NCBI GenBank assembly: GCA_028534125.1
Contig: CM052816.1
Coordinates: 71,488,001-71,552,000 of the forward strand
Origin: Lama glama
Lineage: Eukaryota
Length of the DNA: 64,000 bases
Direction of reading: 5' to 3'
Under the pieces are notes generated by a model that saw only the letters and a list, made by a program, of their open reading frames with translations, was not told where the DNA came from and ran no database searches. Shown here one piece after another: positions 1 to 13,112 of the stretch. A program made the translations under genes and the position numbers. Numbering within the stretch: position 1 is the stretch's first letter; every line of letters starts with the position of its first letter.

Positions 1-1710
1 AACTGAATAGATGAAGCACAGAGGATTTTGTAAGGTGGTGAAATTATTTTGTATGTTACTAATGATGTGTATATGACTGCATTTTTCAAAGCCTACAGAA
101 CTGTGCAACACAAAGTATCAACTTTAAAATATGCAAACTTAAAAACAGCAAATCATTTGGGGATATCAGTATGGAATGCAGAATGGGACAAAAGAATCTA
201 CCTGTATTGCAAATATGTAACATAATCTCAGTGAAAGAGGTGGGGAAAAGTTGCTGATCTGTGTAACTTTGGAGAAGAGTGGATACTGCAAGGCCAAAGG
301 CAAAAGGAACTGTATGTAAAAACTGTGTTCCACTTGATAAAGTTGTTTCCCAAAAGCATGCAAATGAACAGTTCTGAAATCACTATACATGTATGAACTT
401 ATCAGTTAAGTAAATGGATGGGGGTGGGGGATACAGATAAACAAGAGGAAGAGGCCAGAACAATCCATTTAGTAATAGTAGGATTATACTAGGAGACATC
501 ATAACAAACCATGTTTAGCACAATATAGTTACATAAAGAAGTATTTTTAGACAACCTGTAAATATAGGTGTTAGTACACATACATGTATCTCCTTGCTCT
601 GTCAGCTGAGAAGACCTAGGAGCAACAAACCCAGGAACAACTAGCTCACCCAGCCCTCAGATTTTGGTTTCAAACACCATCCTTCAATTAAGGGAACTAG
701 GTTTCCTTTGGAAAACAGCTGAATCTAAAAAGGATCAGGGAATATACAAAAAGAATCAGGAACATTTTGTAGTGTCAGGAAACAAGAAAGTATTGAGAAA
801 AAGAAAAAAGTACAAATCCAACAACAGGAGTATGTCAAAGGGACACAGGAACCAACCAAAAGCTCCTAATAATGGCTAAAGCTGGAACAATATGATTGAC
901 AAGATAATGTAGTACTGGATTATAACCCCAAGTACAGAATAAATAAATATTCATGAGTCCATATTTATATAAATAAATAAATGAATGGGACAGGATGGAC
1001 AAATCTGTGCAGAAAAGAAATCTAAATAATTTATGTAGACACTTCCCTATCGAAGAGGCTAAGCATAGCTTCCCACCCCTTAAATGTGGGCTGTGCAGTG
1101 ACTTCCATCCAAAGAGTACAGCATGGGAAGTGGGAAAAGGGGAATTTAATTTAATTTTATTATTAATTTTTTATACCACAAAGAATGAGTTTGATTTTGC
1201 AAATTAAAATCAACCAAGTTGTTGGGGGAACCCAAAATGGAACACAGACTCTGACAAATGAATTTAAGTGTGGCACAGATAGATCACATAACCTCACTGA
1301 AGCATTGATGAAAGGAGCGGAACCACATAATTAAAAAAAGAGGAGTTTTATAGGGAAGAGATTCAGCAAACACGACGTCAGCCAGGTGATCAACAGTGAG
1401 GTCATGCTAATAATCTGTACCCTTGTTATGATTTGATGACACATAATAGTTTACCTCTGTGGTCTTCCTCCCCCAAACCCAACAACTCCAATCTAATCAT
1501 GAGAAAAACATCAGACAACCTGAATTGAAAGACATTCAGACATTCTATGAAATATCTGACCAGTACTTATCAAAATAGTCAAGGTTATCAAAAACAAGGA
1601 GTCTGAAAAACTGTCATAATCTAGAGGAGCCTATGGAGACATGACAAGTAAAAGTCATATGATAGTCTGGATGAGACCACGGATCAGAAAAAGGACACTA
1701 GGTAAAGTGT
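1..1710 (+). mobile_element. Ancient L1M (L1MC3/L1MD-like) long 3' UTR, cut off by the window start
   Basis: Matches recalled L1MC/MD 3'UTR motifs: CTCTGTCAGCTGAGAAGACCTAGGAGCAAC (~597), CCACCCCTTAAATGTGGGCTGTGCAGTGACTTCC (~1073), CTCTGTGGTCTTCCTCCCCCAAACCC...AATCTAATCATGAGAAAAACATCAGAC (~1455-1516), GGAGCCTATGGAGACATGACA (~1626). Subfamily uncertain. Confidence 0.8.
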
Positions 1711-3073
1711 AGGGAAAGGGTTGGGTAGTAGGGAAAGGGGTGGTGGAGAGTTAATTTTCCTTAGAGCTTCTAAGTTTATGGTTGTTACTAGTGTCTCTGT
1801 TAATCACTTTGCCATTGTAGGCAGTGGAGGATGATCATTAGGAACTGCAAGTCATTCTTGCTGGCGACTTTTTAATAGACAAGTTTCAGAAAATCAAACA
1901 CTATTCTTTAATGTAGTCTGTATATATCACTTATATCTCAATTAGAAACAAGACAAATATAAATTTGTCCAATGTTATTTTCAACCCATTATCCTAGCAT
2001 GATTAAAAGTCAAAATACATCTTCAGGTTATAATCAATTCCTTCCACATTCTCCAAGTTCCTCAAGTGTCCTACAGTTAGAATCCCCATGGTTTCAAAAG
2101 GAAAACATTGAATATTTTCTGAGTTCATTGAAATGTAACAGGGAATAAGATTTAGTTTTTCTATGTGAAAATCTGTCCTAATCAAAGTTTAACTAAGTTT
2201 AGTTGAGTGAAACAAACCATCTCTGCTTGACAACTGTGGAAAATTTAAAGTTGTTTTAAAAGTTCTAGATGACTTGCACACCATTATATAGTACAATACT
2301 TGAAAAATCATCAACCAGAAGTAACAGATTCTGAAAAGATTATTAGTTTTGTTCTAATCACTATTGAAAGTCCACATTCCAGAATCATTTCCATAGCAAA
2401 ATAGTAGAACCTCCTGATTCCCTCTGCAGCTCATTCCCACCAACGGCCTCATGATTCAGGAAATATACTAGTCTATTTCATTTACAATGTTGTGTTCACC
2501 CAAGCTAATCAATACATCATTTCGAGGACCCTTCCAAGCCAAAACTAAACTTGCACATGTTTTTCAAATCAAAAAGTGTATACCTTTGTCTGGGACATTT
2601 GAATTTGGCTTTCACTGCCAGTAACAGAAATGGTGTTCCAATAATGGCATACGGTCCTAGAATGGGAACCACTGCCAGGAGCAAGCAGAGACCTGAATAG
2701 TGCAGATGGGGAAAAAAATGACTTTTCTCCAAGTCACAAATTTTCTCTAAACACATTCTCTCAGAGTATATTAAAAAGAACTAGAATGTCTGGTTAGTGT
2801 TTAGATCACCTTACAAGATCTCACGTGTAGTCTTCTGACTGTGTACCATAGGAGCCATATAATAAATCCACTGGAGATTCTGATCTTGCTTAGATTCTTT
2901 CTTTTACCCATCACTCGAAACATCTCACTTGATATCATTAATAAGGCCACTCTGGGACCCCTCCACTTCTAGATGGCTCACAGCAAGTGAAACTGTTTCA
3001 ATTTAAAAGCCAGGAAGCCGCAATGTATCTGACAAGACTCTCCTGTTCAAAGCCTTGGAAAACGTAATACTTC

Positions 3074-3280
3074 GGGTACACATTACTATAAATAAAACAG
3101 ATAAACAACAAAGACCTACTGGATAGCACAGGGAACTATATTCAGTTTCTAGTAATGAGCCATAATGGAAAAGAAACTGAAAATATATACATGTATATGT
3201 AAAATTGAATCACTTTACTGTACACTTGAAACTAACATCATAAACGACCTCACTTCAATAAATAATAAGAATTAAAAAAA
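3074..3280 (+). mobile_element. 5'-truncated young cetartiodactyl L1 3' end with poly(A) tail and target-site duplication
   Basis: AAACAGATAAACAACAAAGACCTACTGGATAGCACAGGGAACTATATTCAG...GAATCACTTTACTGTACACTTGAAACTAAC, then AATAAA and an A tail. Flanked by AAAACGTAATACTTC (3059-3073) and AAAACATAATACCTC (3279-3293). Confidence 0.9.
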
Positions 3281-4749
3281 AACATAATACCTCATACCAT
3301 GATTGTTAATTTTCAGACACATATCTGAAAAATTTTCAAATTTGGTTCCCCTATGGTAATTTTAGTCGAATTTAGAAAATATTTTGTGAAACTCAGCCAT
3401 ATTGTAGATACGAGTCATCAGACACTATAATCAGTCAGTATATATACTGATGAATTATTATCATAATAAATAGATAATCCTTTCAATTTTTGTAAATTTA
3501 TCTATGTCAGTGTAGTAATATTTTGCTCATCTTCCCAAGGTAAGGAAAAGAATTCTCATTTCTTTCCAAATCAATTGTTAATAACTTTTTTTTTTGAACT
3601 CATCTTTAAGTGAAATTAGGTACAGAATCTTCATACAAATTAGCAAGAACTTTAGAAAAAGATCTGATCTCATTGGGGTTTTATCCAAACCTACAAATCT
3701 TCAAAAGTTTCTACATCACCACTCTAACTTGAATTGGGACTTCCAGCCAGGAACAACAGAGAACAAGAGCCAAGTTGAATTATAATACCTCCCATTATAA
3801 TGCACTGGGAGGAATTGGTTGGAAAGCTGGGCCTGGAGCCAGGCAGCTTTTAGGTACCAACGCTATACACACAAATCATGGTCCATATTTTCCGCATAGG
3901 TTGGAGGAGTATACAGTAGAGCTTACAGATAACTTCCCTGAAGAACTAAATCAGGGTTGGCTTCTCTTTAATTAGAACTTGACAGATATCACTCTGTTTC
4001 ATCTGTCAGTTCTCATACTATTTTAGGAAAGCTGGAATTGGTGACTGTTAGCTCCAAAGGCCCTAATGTTGTACCTAAGGAATGTTTACAGTAACACATG
4101 CCTTTCCGTCCAAAACCATTTTACTAGCAATAAGCAGTTATTTACATTTAAAGCTTCTGGGTTTTTTAGTATAAGTATTCTCTTGTTGTCAAAGATGTTA
4201 GTTAAGTATCATAAAATTACATCTTGGAGTATTGTAGACAAATAAACATAAATAAAGAAAATACTGCATAAGTAATTTGCATAAAGACTCAATGACACAG
4301 TTAGATGTGAAGTACATTTTCCCCCTTGAATTAAGACCTCACCATTATTTTTAAGCAGGCCTAATAAGAACATGAAATCCCTTCAGTTTCATTTTACATA
4401 TTTTTAACCTCCCTTCTCATTTACTAATCATGAAATGACAAGAACCCAGGCTTCCTCCTAAAAGTAAAATGACAAAGAATGATCACCCCTTTGAGTGGGC
4501 ACATTGACAACTTTATTAGTCAGTCGTTAAACAAAATAAAAGCTTTTGATTATTCAAAAAAGAAAACAGTGCATATTAATATTAAAATATTAGAAGTTAT
4601 TTAGAAAGAAGCATTTTATTCTGCACTAAACTTGAATTCCATTCAATTCTCACCACAGAAAAACATTCAATTTATTTTCCTTACCTTAATACAGTGATAG
4701 GTAAACTATGTGTATAAAGTGAAATCAAAAGTATGTAATATTTAATTTT

Positions 4750-5690
4750 TTTAAATAATCTTGGATGGCAAGGCTTTCCAAGAAGGTACAATGGAAACAA
4801 TTCAAAATTTACTATAATTTCTTTTTTAATTCTATATGATAAGAAAGTATCATCAGCAAACTAAAAAAGCCAGATGATGATCAGGAAGTAATATTTTCAA
4901 CTCATGAGAGGCAAAGTGCTGTTATCTCTAATATTAAAAAAAAAAAAACAGGAACTTACAATTCAACAGTAAAAGATTCTTAGCACAGTAGAGATATGGC
5001 AAAGATACAGATAAAGGAAAAAGAAATACAGATGGTGAGTAAATACATGAAAACATACAGATGAGCTGTCATAATTAAAGAAATGCACGTCCAAATGCAA
5101 TACTCTTTTTTATGTATCACATTGATTACAGTTTCATAAAGGAATAAGAAAATAGGCATTTTCATAATACCCTAGTTATTGGTAAAATGGCTATGGAAGA
5201 CAGTTTGTCAATACTTAAAGTTTTTGACCCAGGTTTCTATTCTAAAATTTGTTCTATGAATGTGTTCCCCCACCGCTACACATGCAAGGCCCATCAAGAC
5301 ACATTTCAATAATAAACACAAAAGTTGAAAACAAACTTACTCGCTTACAGGGAACTGATTAAGTAAGTCATGGTACATCCATACAGGGGTTTCTAAGCAA
5401 CAGTTAAAAATAATAAGTTACGTGTGTTAAAATGGAAAATAGCCAGAATATGTTATTAAGTGTTAAGAAGCAAGTGGAGAACAATATATATAATCCAATC
5501 TGTAATAATATTTTAAGAGGTATGTGTGTGAATATATGGATAAAGAAAAACCTGCTAGTAATGGTACCTTTGGGAAGTGGAGATAAGGACACGAAGAGTT
5601 TTTATTTTTCACTTACTTTCTTCAGTACAGTTGGAATATTTAAGCATCTCTTATACAAATACTACATTTCATTTTCTACTTATTGTTTCT
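4750..5690 (+). mobile_element. Highly decayed L1ME (ORF2 end and 3' UTR)
   Basis: Degenerate L1ME hallmarks: CATAATTAAAGAAATGCAC, GACAGTTTGTCAATAC...TTTGACCCAG, GATTAAGTAAGTCATGGTACATCCATACA, CTAGTAATGGTACCTTTGGGAAGTGG. Confidence 0.65.
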
Positions 5691-7254
5691 TTTAAGAAAG
5701 TCTTATAGTAAATCATCATTTTTCTCCACCCCAGCTTCATTTTCACGTACAGATATTTTAACATTGCAAATATTTAAACATCATGGAATCTGTTCAGAAA
5801 CAGTTTTGTCTTTGTGTTAAGATTGTCTCTAGAAAGTATACATGCTTTTAAAGACTTATTTTTATATATTTTATAGTATCTCAATATTGAAATTTCATAA
5901 TATAAACTTTAAAGTAATATCAAGTAAATAAATTTCTCTAATAACTATGTAGGCTTATATTTTAAAACATTCTCTCTAGTTTTATTTTGCCACATAAGGG
6001 CCATTTAGGTTCACATAATTTTCATTTATATTAATAATTCAATAACCTTAATTGGACATAATAAGAATGAATACATTGATATGTGCATTCTCTAACCAGT
6101 GTCTGCAGTCATATAGACATGGTTGACCTACTTTTATTACAGGTTAAAGATTGTGTTTTCAGATTACCTCAGGCCTTCAGTGCTGGCAGTACCATTTTTT
6201 GCACAGAATGGTCCCCTCATTGATGGGGACCAATAACTACTTTAGTCGTCAAATGCCACCATGCAATTTTTCTTTAAAGTGTCTACATGAGCATTTTATG
6301 TATTAAAAACCTAGTTACAGAAAAACAGTAAACAAAAGTTATATGTTTAAAAAAGACACAGGATTAGAGCCCATGTGATAAATAATTTAGAACATAGTGA
6401 GAAAGTCTTACTGGTCAATGGCCTGACTGCCCGCTAGGAAATTTATCCTGTGAAAAGTATGACAACTGACGTACTGTACTTATTCAGTTTATTATTTAAC
6501 TTATGCTTAATGAATATTTCATAACAGTAATTATTGTGTATGAATTGTAAAACCTGTATATTATATGAGACCTATTACAGTATTTCTGTTTAAAATAAGA
6601 ACTTAGAAATAATACCTTTAGAAGCAAATTGTGTTTCTTTTGAGAAATATGATCTATTCTTCTTCAGAGAAAGAGGATAAAGATGAATTGAAATGTATCT
6701 GGAAATCCTAATCAATATCTATTTGGATTTCACTTGTTAAAGAAACGACTACAAATAATGAGGCTAATTATCTTGAATGAGCTAACAGCATTTTAGGTTT
6801 TTCTCAATATTCACATTGCAAATCAGTTTGTCGGACTCAGCTCTGCACAAAACAACTTGATACCTAAAGTGGCTTTTGATAACTTTCTAATATTTTCTCC
6901 ACTTCTGAAATACTTAGCGCTAGACATATATTAGCAAATTATTAGATACTTACAGAGTTTTAAACGTATCTCTAGTGCCCATAACTACAAGGACTAGAAG
7001 GAATTCTGCAATATACAAAGCATCCTGGTAAATCCTTCTGAATTTTAATTTTTTGGAACTTTTTTAAAATTTAATTTCTTTCTCTTTAATACATTACAAT
7101 TAAATGCACTTGGTAAGAAAAGTTTTTTTTTAAGTTTTCTGGCTCATTTATTTACATATATGTATGAATCAACCCCAAAATTTAACACAATGAGGTTGAC
7201 GCATGCATCATCCAGTGTTTCAATTCTGACAAGATGCTGGGACAGAAAACAATG

Positions 7255-7385
7255 AAGATTGGGAAGAACTTGGCCTTTCTGAGTCAGACACCTTGGGTTA
7301 AGATGCCAGTTCCTCCACCTCCTAGACCGCAGTTTTCTTACTTATGCAACAAATATTCATTGAGTGCTACTCTGTGCCAGATATC
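7255..7385. mobile_element. MIR fragment (+) next to an L2 3'-end fragment (-)
   Basis: GAGTCAGACACCTTGGGTTAAGATGCCAGTTCCTCCACC is MIR-like. CAACAAATATTCATTGAGTGCTACTCTGTGCCAG is a reverse L2/MIR tail. Confidence 0.55.
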
Positions 7386-8142
7386 TCATCTTTATGCCTT
7401 CCACACAAATATTGTAAAGGTTACTGATAAAGTAATCCACACAGTATCTGGCTTTCCGTCAGCATTCTATACATGGTTGCCACTATAATTTTATTATAGA
7501 AAGGACTCTCATTCTTCTTGCAATCAATTTTAGCTATTCTATATGGCTCCAAAGTCCATCTTTATTTCCTTCACTAATAACATAGCATAGATCTATTGGG
7601 CATAAATATATCTAAACATTTTCAAGTTGTTCTATTTTCAGCCCATAGTGTCTCTGTAAGCAATGAATCTAAGTTTATTTCTCACTGCATAGAGCTCTTT
7701 TCTCTTAGTTCCCTAAGATCCACCACAGAGTGTCACTATATGTTTAGAATAATTGAATTCAAGGTCAATACACAGTTCTTATTGACTAATATTTATCAAG
7801 TACGACGTGCCTCTCCGAATGCTTGTATCTTTTATACACTGTGTTTTAAAGGTTTGAAACTTTCTGTGTAAATGGGGCAAAATCTAAGACAATGTGGAGT
7901 GTTGGGGTCAGTAAAGTGGTATAATCTAACACTTTCGGTGACTGCTGTTGTTACATTGGTCCTGGAATATACTTTGCTACACTTTGAAAGTAAATGTAAA
8001 CCCTGAGTCAAGGCCGTGGTGTAAAGACAGCATTACAGAAGGGCAAACACTTGTGCTATTAGGAGTGAACTTGTGGCAGGGTCCTAACCGGGAGATCAGA
8101 TCATCATACCAAAATCACTGTGATGTTTCTTTGAAACTGAAT

Positions 8143-8250
8143 TGGATGCCAAGAGATCTGAGTCCTAGTGCTCTCTGGTACTGACCAGCTGCGCTCTTTT
8201 CCACCTGATCCAGGTCTTTTACATCTATGAAAAGTAAGGTTTGGACTGAG
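8143..8250 (+). mobile_element. MIR/MIR3 fragment
   Basis: AAGAGATCTGAGTCCTAGT...ACTGACCAGCTG...ACATCTATGAAAAGTAAGGTTTGGACT resembles the MIR core. Confidence 0.55.
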
Positions 8251-8474
8251 CTTGAACATCTCATTCAGATAAAAATTTTCAGATCCTTACAGTGAGCAGA
8301 GCTGTTCTCTGAACATTTTAACAAGCAGCTAAAATGGTCTGTAGACCTGGATTCCTGAACCTGGACCTGTGCTGCTTCAAGAATTTCTAAATAGATGCAG
8401 AACAACTGTTTAACTCGAAGCTCCCAATTATCAACAAGCCATAATGCAGTGACCAAAAGTGATGTATTCAATAA

Positions 8475-8701
8475 ACACAGACCTCCTACTAAGTGCCAGA
8501 TGTTCTTCTAAATACTTTAATAACTGTTACTTTACTGAATCCTCATGATAACTCTATGAAGTCAGTATTAATGTCATCCCCATTTTACAGATGAGAAAAC
8601 TGAAGTAAGTGACTAGCCCCAGGTCACACAACTAGTGACCCGCAGAGCAGAGGTTCAAATTAAGGTACTGCATTTCAGCATATGTGCTCTTAACCACTAT
8701 G
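8475..8701 (-). mobile_element. MIR SINE
   Basis: Reverse MIR core CCCCATTTTACAGATGAGAAAACTGAAG...AAGTGACTAGCCCCAGGTCACACAACTAGT, ending GTGCTCTTAACCACTATG. Confidence 0.9.
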
Positions 8702-9756
8702 TTAAAGTGGTTTAGGCTCATAAAGAAAATTTTGCTGTCCTTTAGCCACTGTATTAAACTAGAATCCAGACCCATGGATTTCAGTGGTTACAAAAATCTT
8801 TTGCATTCCCCAGAAGTTTTACAATTGTCTTCAGACAATTTTCTTCTTCAGACAATAATCTGTCTCTATTTTTCTTTCTAAAAAACGTAGAGAGAGATTG
8901 TACAGACTAACGAGATGAGGCCTTCAGGAATGGACGTTTTTCAGGGCCAAAATTTTGTTAGCAAGCCATTTTTGGTATAGTGAAACTAATTTTTTTTATG
9001 ATGTCACTAGGAATGGTAATAGCATGCTCCCAAAAGCATGTGGTCCTGTATATGCTGGTCAGTAGGAAGGTCCAGTCTATTGAAATGATGAGTCATTCAG
9101 GGAAGGTCAATTTCAAATAGGTTGAAATATATAACTTTTCCTTTAGGGGGGAAGGGGCAGAAAAAGAAAGAAGAAAAGATGTAGTCCATTAAACTGCATT
9201 GGCTGTTTTGCTATTTCTTTCCTGATATGTTTATGAGACTAAAAATTTAAGGAATTAATTTCCTCCCACACAGAACCATTTTCTGCTGACTTCATTTACG
9301 TGATCAGAGGGAAAACACAAGTGCTGACCCTCTGCTCATGCCTTTTCTATTTATAGAAGTGCAAATAACAGCCATCGAAGAGACTTGCCTTCATGGTACC
9401 AAAAGGACTAAGATCTTTAAAAATTGTCTTCATTCTTTAAAAAGTCATTTATGTCATGATTCACAGCTTAAAAAAACTTTCCTACACATATCTCCTTCAT
9501 CTGGGGATAAGCACAGATCATTGTAGTGTCCGAATTTCCATGCTCAGCCAGGAAGTCTAGTCTTCTGGGGAGTCCAGTGGGCGTCCTGTTATTTAAAGGG
9601 GACTAGGCCTCCCAGGGATGGGAGAAATTGTAAAAGAAATATAACTTTTGAAAGGATGACCTGATATTCAGGGTACTAAGTTTAATCTTCCTTCAATAAA
9701 TGGAGATTTTGAAAACCGTCGCAATGGGAGGGAGAAGCCCTAAGATCAGGCGGAAA

Positions 9757-9900
9757 AGCACTGTGGTTAAATCTGAGCCTGGAGTCCCAGGGGTTTGATT
9801 CAAATCTTGGCCACTTACTACCTGTGTGACCCTCATTGAGCCAGTTACTCTCAGGAGCCTTTAGTCTCCTCACCTGTAAAACAGAGATGCCAACAGTGCC
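9757..9900 (+). mobile_element. MIR SINE
   Basis: GTGGTTAA...TTCAAATCTTGGCCACTTACTACCTGTGTGACC...AGTCTCCTCACCTGTAAAACAGAGAT. Confidence 0.85.
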
Positions 9901-10669
9901 ATCAATGAACTAATGAATAGAAGTTGCTCATTTCATCCCAGACCATCGGTTAGGTGTAAGTCATCCCTTAACCATCATCAATTCAGGTCTTCTCCCTCCA
10001 AATCCAGTCTTTTCTTGCACATTAGAGTTTGTCCTCACCGACTCACTGTTTCAGTGGGCACGGTAGTTACGGAGGAGCAGAAGCTTAGTATCTCCGTTCA
10101 TTTCCCTGACATATGGATTAGAATCAAAGAACATTATCCCAATTTAAAAATTAATTCAACTCTAAAATATTTTACTGACTCATTTGTTTCTATGTAGATG
10201 AAATCTCTCCCCACATCTTTTGTTATAATTTATCTAAAACTACCCATATCACCTATAATTGGGCCAGGAGGAAAATGGCAGAGAAAGACTCATGCTCACG
10301 AGTGGGGAGCCTACTTCTATGTTTATGAACAAGTGGACCGTAGCATCCTTGTTGTACTCACAGTGGAAACAATCAGGCTTACACACACAAACTAATCTGG
10401 GTTTAACCAAAACGGAGAGTCCGGACTAGGTCAGATTAAAGGAGATAGGTAACTGGGGAAAATGGACTTGTAGAGACATTCATAGGATTTTACTTTGGGG
10501 ATTTTCTAGTCCTCTATAGGAAGGCAAGGCTTTGCCGCCCTTTGACTTAGCACAGGTTTTAAGGACAGTCTGGAACTGATGAATAGCACTATTATGAGGC
10601 CTGAAATGTAGGTGGCCGTGCTCCCACAGGTGGAAGATAAAACACAGTCACTTGGGAAGGTAATAAAGG

Positions 10670-10898
10670 GGACTCCAGAACACACAGACTAGACTGGAGC
10701 CCCAGCTTAGTATGTGCTTAACTGTGTGTCTAAGCAACTTAAAACACAGCTCGGAAGTTCCGTTTTCTCATCTGTAAAATAAGGAAAATTATAGAATCTA
10801 TAGAGCTCATGTGAAAATAAGTAAAATATTGTTTATAAAATGCTTTAACACAATACTCAGGAATGAAAGTGTTCAATAAATGCCAGTTATTGTTATTA
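10670..10898 (+). mobile_element. MIR SINE
   Basis: TTTTCTCATCTGTAAAATAAGG core and 3' end TGTTCAATAAATGCCAGTTATTGTTATTAT. Confidence 0.8.
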
Positions 10899-11154
10899 TA
10901 AGGTTTTTCTGGAAAGTACTCTACAATGCTTATTTAAATGTTTCAGTTTAAATAAAATAAAAATTCTTTTTTTATCCACATCCACTCTAAACCACATTAC
11001 CACCATGTGCATCTGAGTTATTACTCTGGTGTCATCTTGAATGTCACTGACTGTGACACATTAAAGCCTTATAAACCAAACAAAGCATTTACAAACCACC
11101 ATAGTGTAACCTGGGGAAATAGGTCTAACTACTCATGTTTTCACCTTTGTCTTT

Positions 11155-11510
11155 TTCCTAAGTCTGTCCTCCACATTAGTGATCGACATGTTTTAAAACC
11201 CTCCAATGCCGTCTCACTGCTCTTAGAATAAAATGCAAACGCCTTGGACTAACCTCCCTGACTCTTCATTCTGTGCGTGGAAAACCGAACTGCCTTAGGG
11301 TCTTCACACTTACCTAGTCCCTTTGCCAGGAACATTCCTGTCCCAGGTCATCATTACACAGCTGGTTCCTTCCAGTCCCACACATCTCAGTAAGTGATCG
11401 TTCTTCATCCCTTTACGTTTGTTCCCACTGCATCCTGTTTTATTTACATCACAGCACTGATTATTTCCTCAGTTATTTAGCTGCTAGCTTATTATATTCC
11501 ATATCCTTCC
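11155..11510 (+). mobile_element. L2 3' region (older host copy)
   Basis: TTAAAACCCTCCAATGCCGTCTCACTGCTCTTAGAATAAAATGCAAAC; CTTAGGGTCTTCACACTT...TTTGCCAGGAACATTCCT; CATCACAGCACTGAT. Confidence 0.7.
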
Positions 11511-11519
11511 TAAGAGGAA

Positions 11520-12969
11520 ACATAGCATCTCTCAAATTTTCCATCTCTACTGGATCTTTCTCATCAATCTACAAATATGTTATTTTTTCGAATCTTGAGA
11601 AAAAAATTCCTCTCTTGATCCTCTGGTCTCTTCTACTCTATGGCAAAACTCCTTGAAAGAAAAGGCCAAACTTACTGTCTTAAGTATCTCTCCTCCCATT
11701 TAATTTTCCCTTTAACCTGTTTGAATTGGACCCTTTCCCCCATGATCCTACAGAAATTGTTTTATCAAGGTCACCAGTGATACCCACACTTTAAAATCCA
11801 ATGATTGGTTCTCAATTTTCATGTGTTACTCAACTTAGCATTCAACATCATCCTTGAAATAATCCTTCACTTGACTTGTAGGATGATACACTACTCACCT
11901 GGTTTTCTTTGTTTCTCACCAGAATAACCTTTCTCAGTCGCATTTGCTGGCTCCTCTCATCACCCTAACCTCTAAATGTTGCACCCTCCCACAGAGAAGT
12001 TAGCAAACCTCTTCTATTTTCCATCTACTTTCACAACCTTGGTGAACTCATCCGAACATACGGCATTAAATATCATTCTTCTGCTCCTGGCAAGGACATT
12101 TTTATTCTTTAGCCCAATTTGAATTCCATAGTCATGTCCAGCTACTTCAACTCAAAATTAACATGCCAACACTGAGCTCATGAACTTCACCGCAGACCTG
12201 TTCCTCTCATAGTCTTCCTCATGTATTCCGTTGCTCAGGTCAAGATCTTTGAACCCATTCCTGTCTCCTGTCTCCTGTCTCTATAAAATCCCATAGCCCA
12301 GTGGTCATCAAGCTCAGTTGATGCTTTGCCTTCTAAATATATCTTGAACCCAATCTGTTCTCTCCTCTCTGGTCTCCTCCACCAACATTTCTCTGTGAAT
12401 TATTAAAATAGCCTCCTAAATGGACTTCCTGCTTGCACCATGCTCTTTTCGATCTATTCTTAACCCAATAGCCAGAATGATCCCATTAAAATAAAACTCA
12501 GATCCTCTCCTCCTACCACTCAAAGCCCTCCAACGGCTTCTCATTTTCCTTTGAGTTGAAAACAGTCCTTATAATATCTCCAAAGGTCAGAGGAATCAGC
12601 TGCCCCATCTTTTACCCCCATCTCTCTCTGACTAGCACCTAAGACGTTCTGACAGCTCAACCACCTTTGTTATACGGGCATCATGCTGATGCACGTTTTG
12701 GGGCCTTTGCACTTGCTGTTTCCTCTTCCTAAATACGTTTCCTTCATGCGGCTCCGTGTCTTACTCCCTTACCATGTTCCTTCTCAAATATTGTTTTCTC
12801 CATGAGGACTCCCTCAAAAATTGCAAACTGTCACTACAACAACCACACGCTCCCCAAACTCCCTACACCCCTTCCCTGCTCTATTTCTCCCCATTAGCAC
12901 TGATTATCACCTGACTACTTTACATTTTATTTATTATCTTGTCTATTTTTTTAAATTTTTCCTCCTAAC

Positions 12970-13007
<38 letters not shown>

Positions 13008-13112
13008 ATTACAGCTGAGACTTTTGCAACTTTTTCCCCACTGCTATACCTCCAGGGCCTAAAACAATGTCAGACATATAATAGGTGCTCCGTAAACATT
13101 TTTGAATAAGTC
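11520..13112 (+). mobile_element. L2a LINE, about 1.6 kb 3' portion
   Basis: ATCAAGGTCACCAGTGA, CCTGGTTTTCTT, GTTGCTCAGGTCAAGATCTTTGA, AATAGCCTCCTAAATGG, GGGCCTTTGCACTTGCTGTTTCCTCT, and L2a 3' end CCAGGGCCTAAAACAATGTCAGACATATAATAGGTGCTCCGTAAACATTTTTGAATAAGT. Confidence 0.9.
12973..13006. repeat. (AC)17 microsatellite
   Basis: Perfect AC dinucleotide run inside the L2. Confidence 0.97.

Noticed and set aside
3435..3450. 16-bp palindrome TCAGTATATATACTGA
   Set aside because: The core is a TA repeat, so it is plausible by chance.
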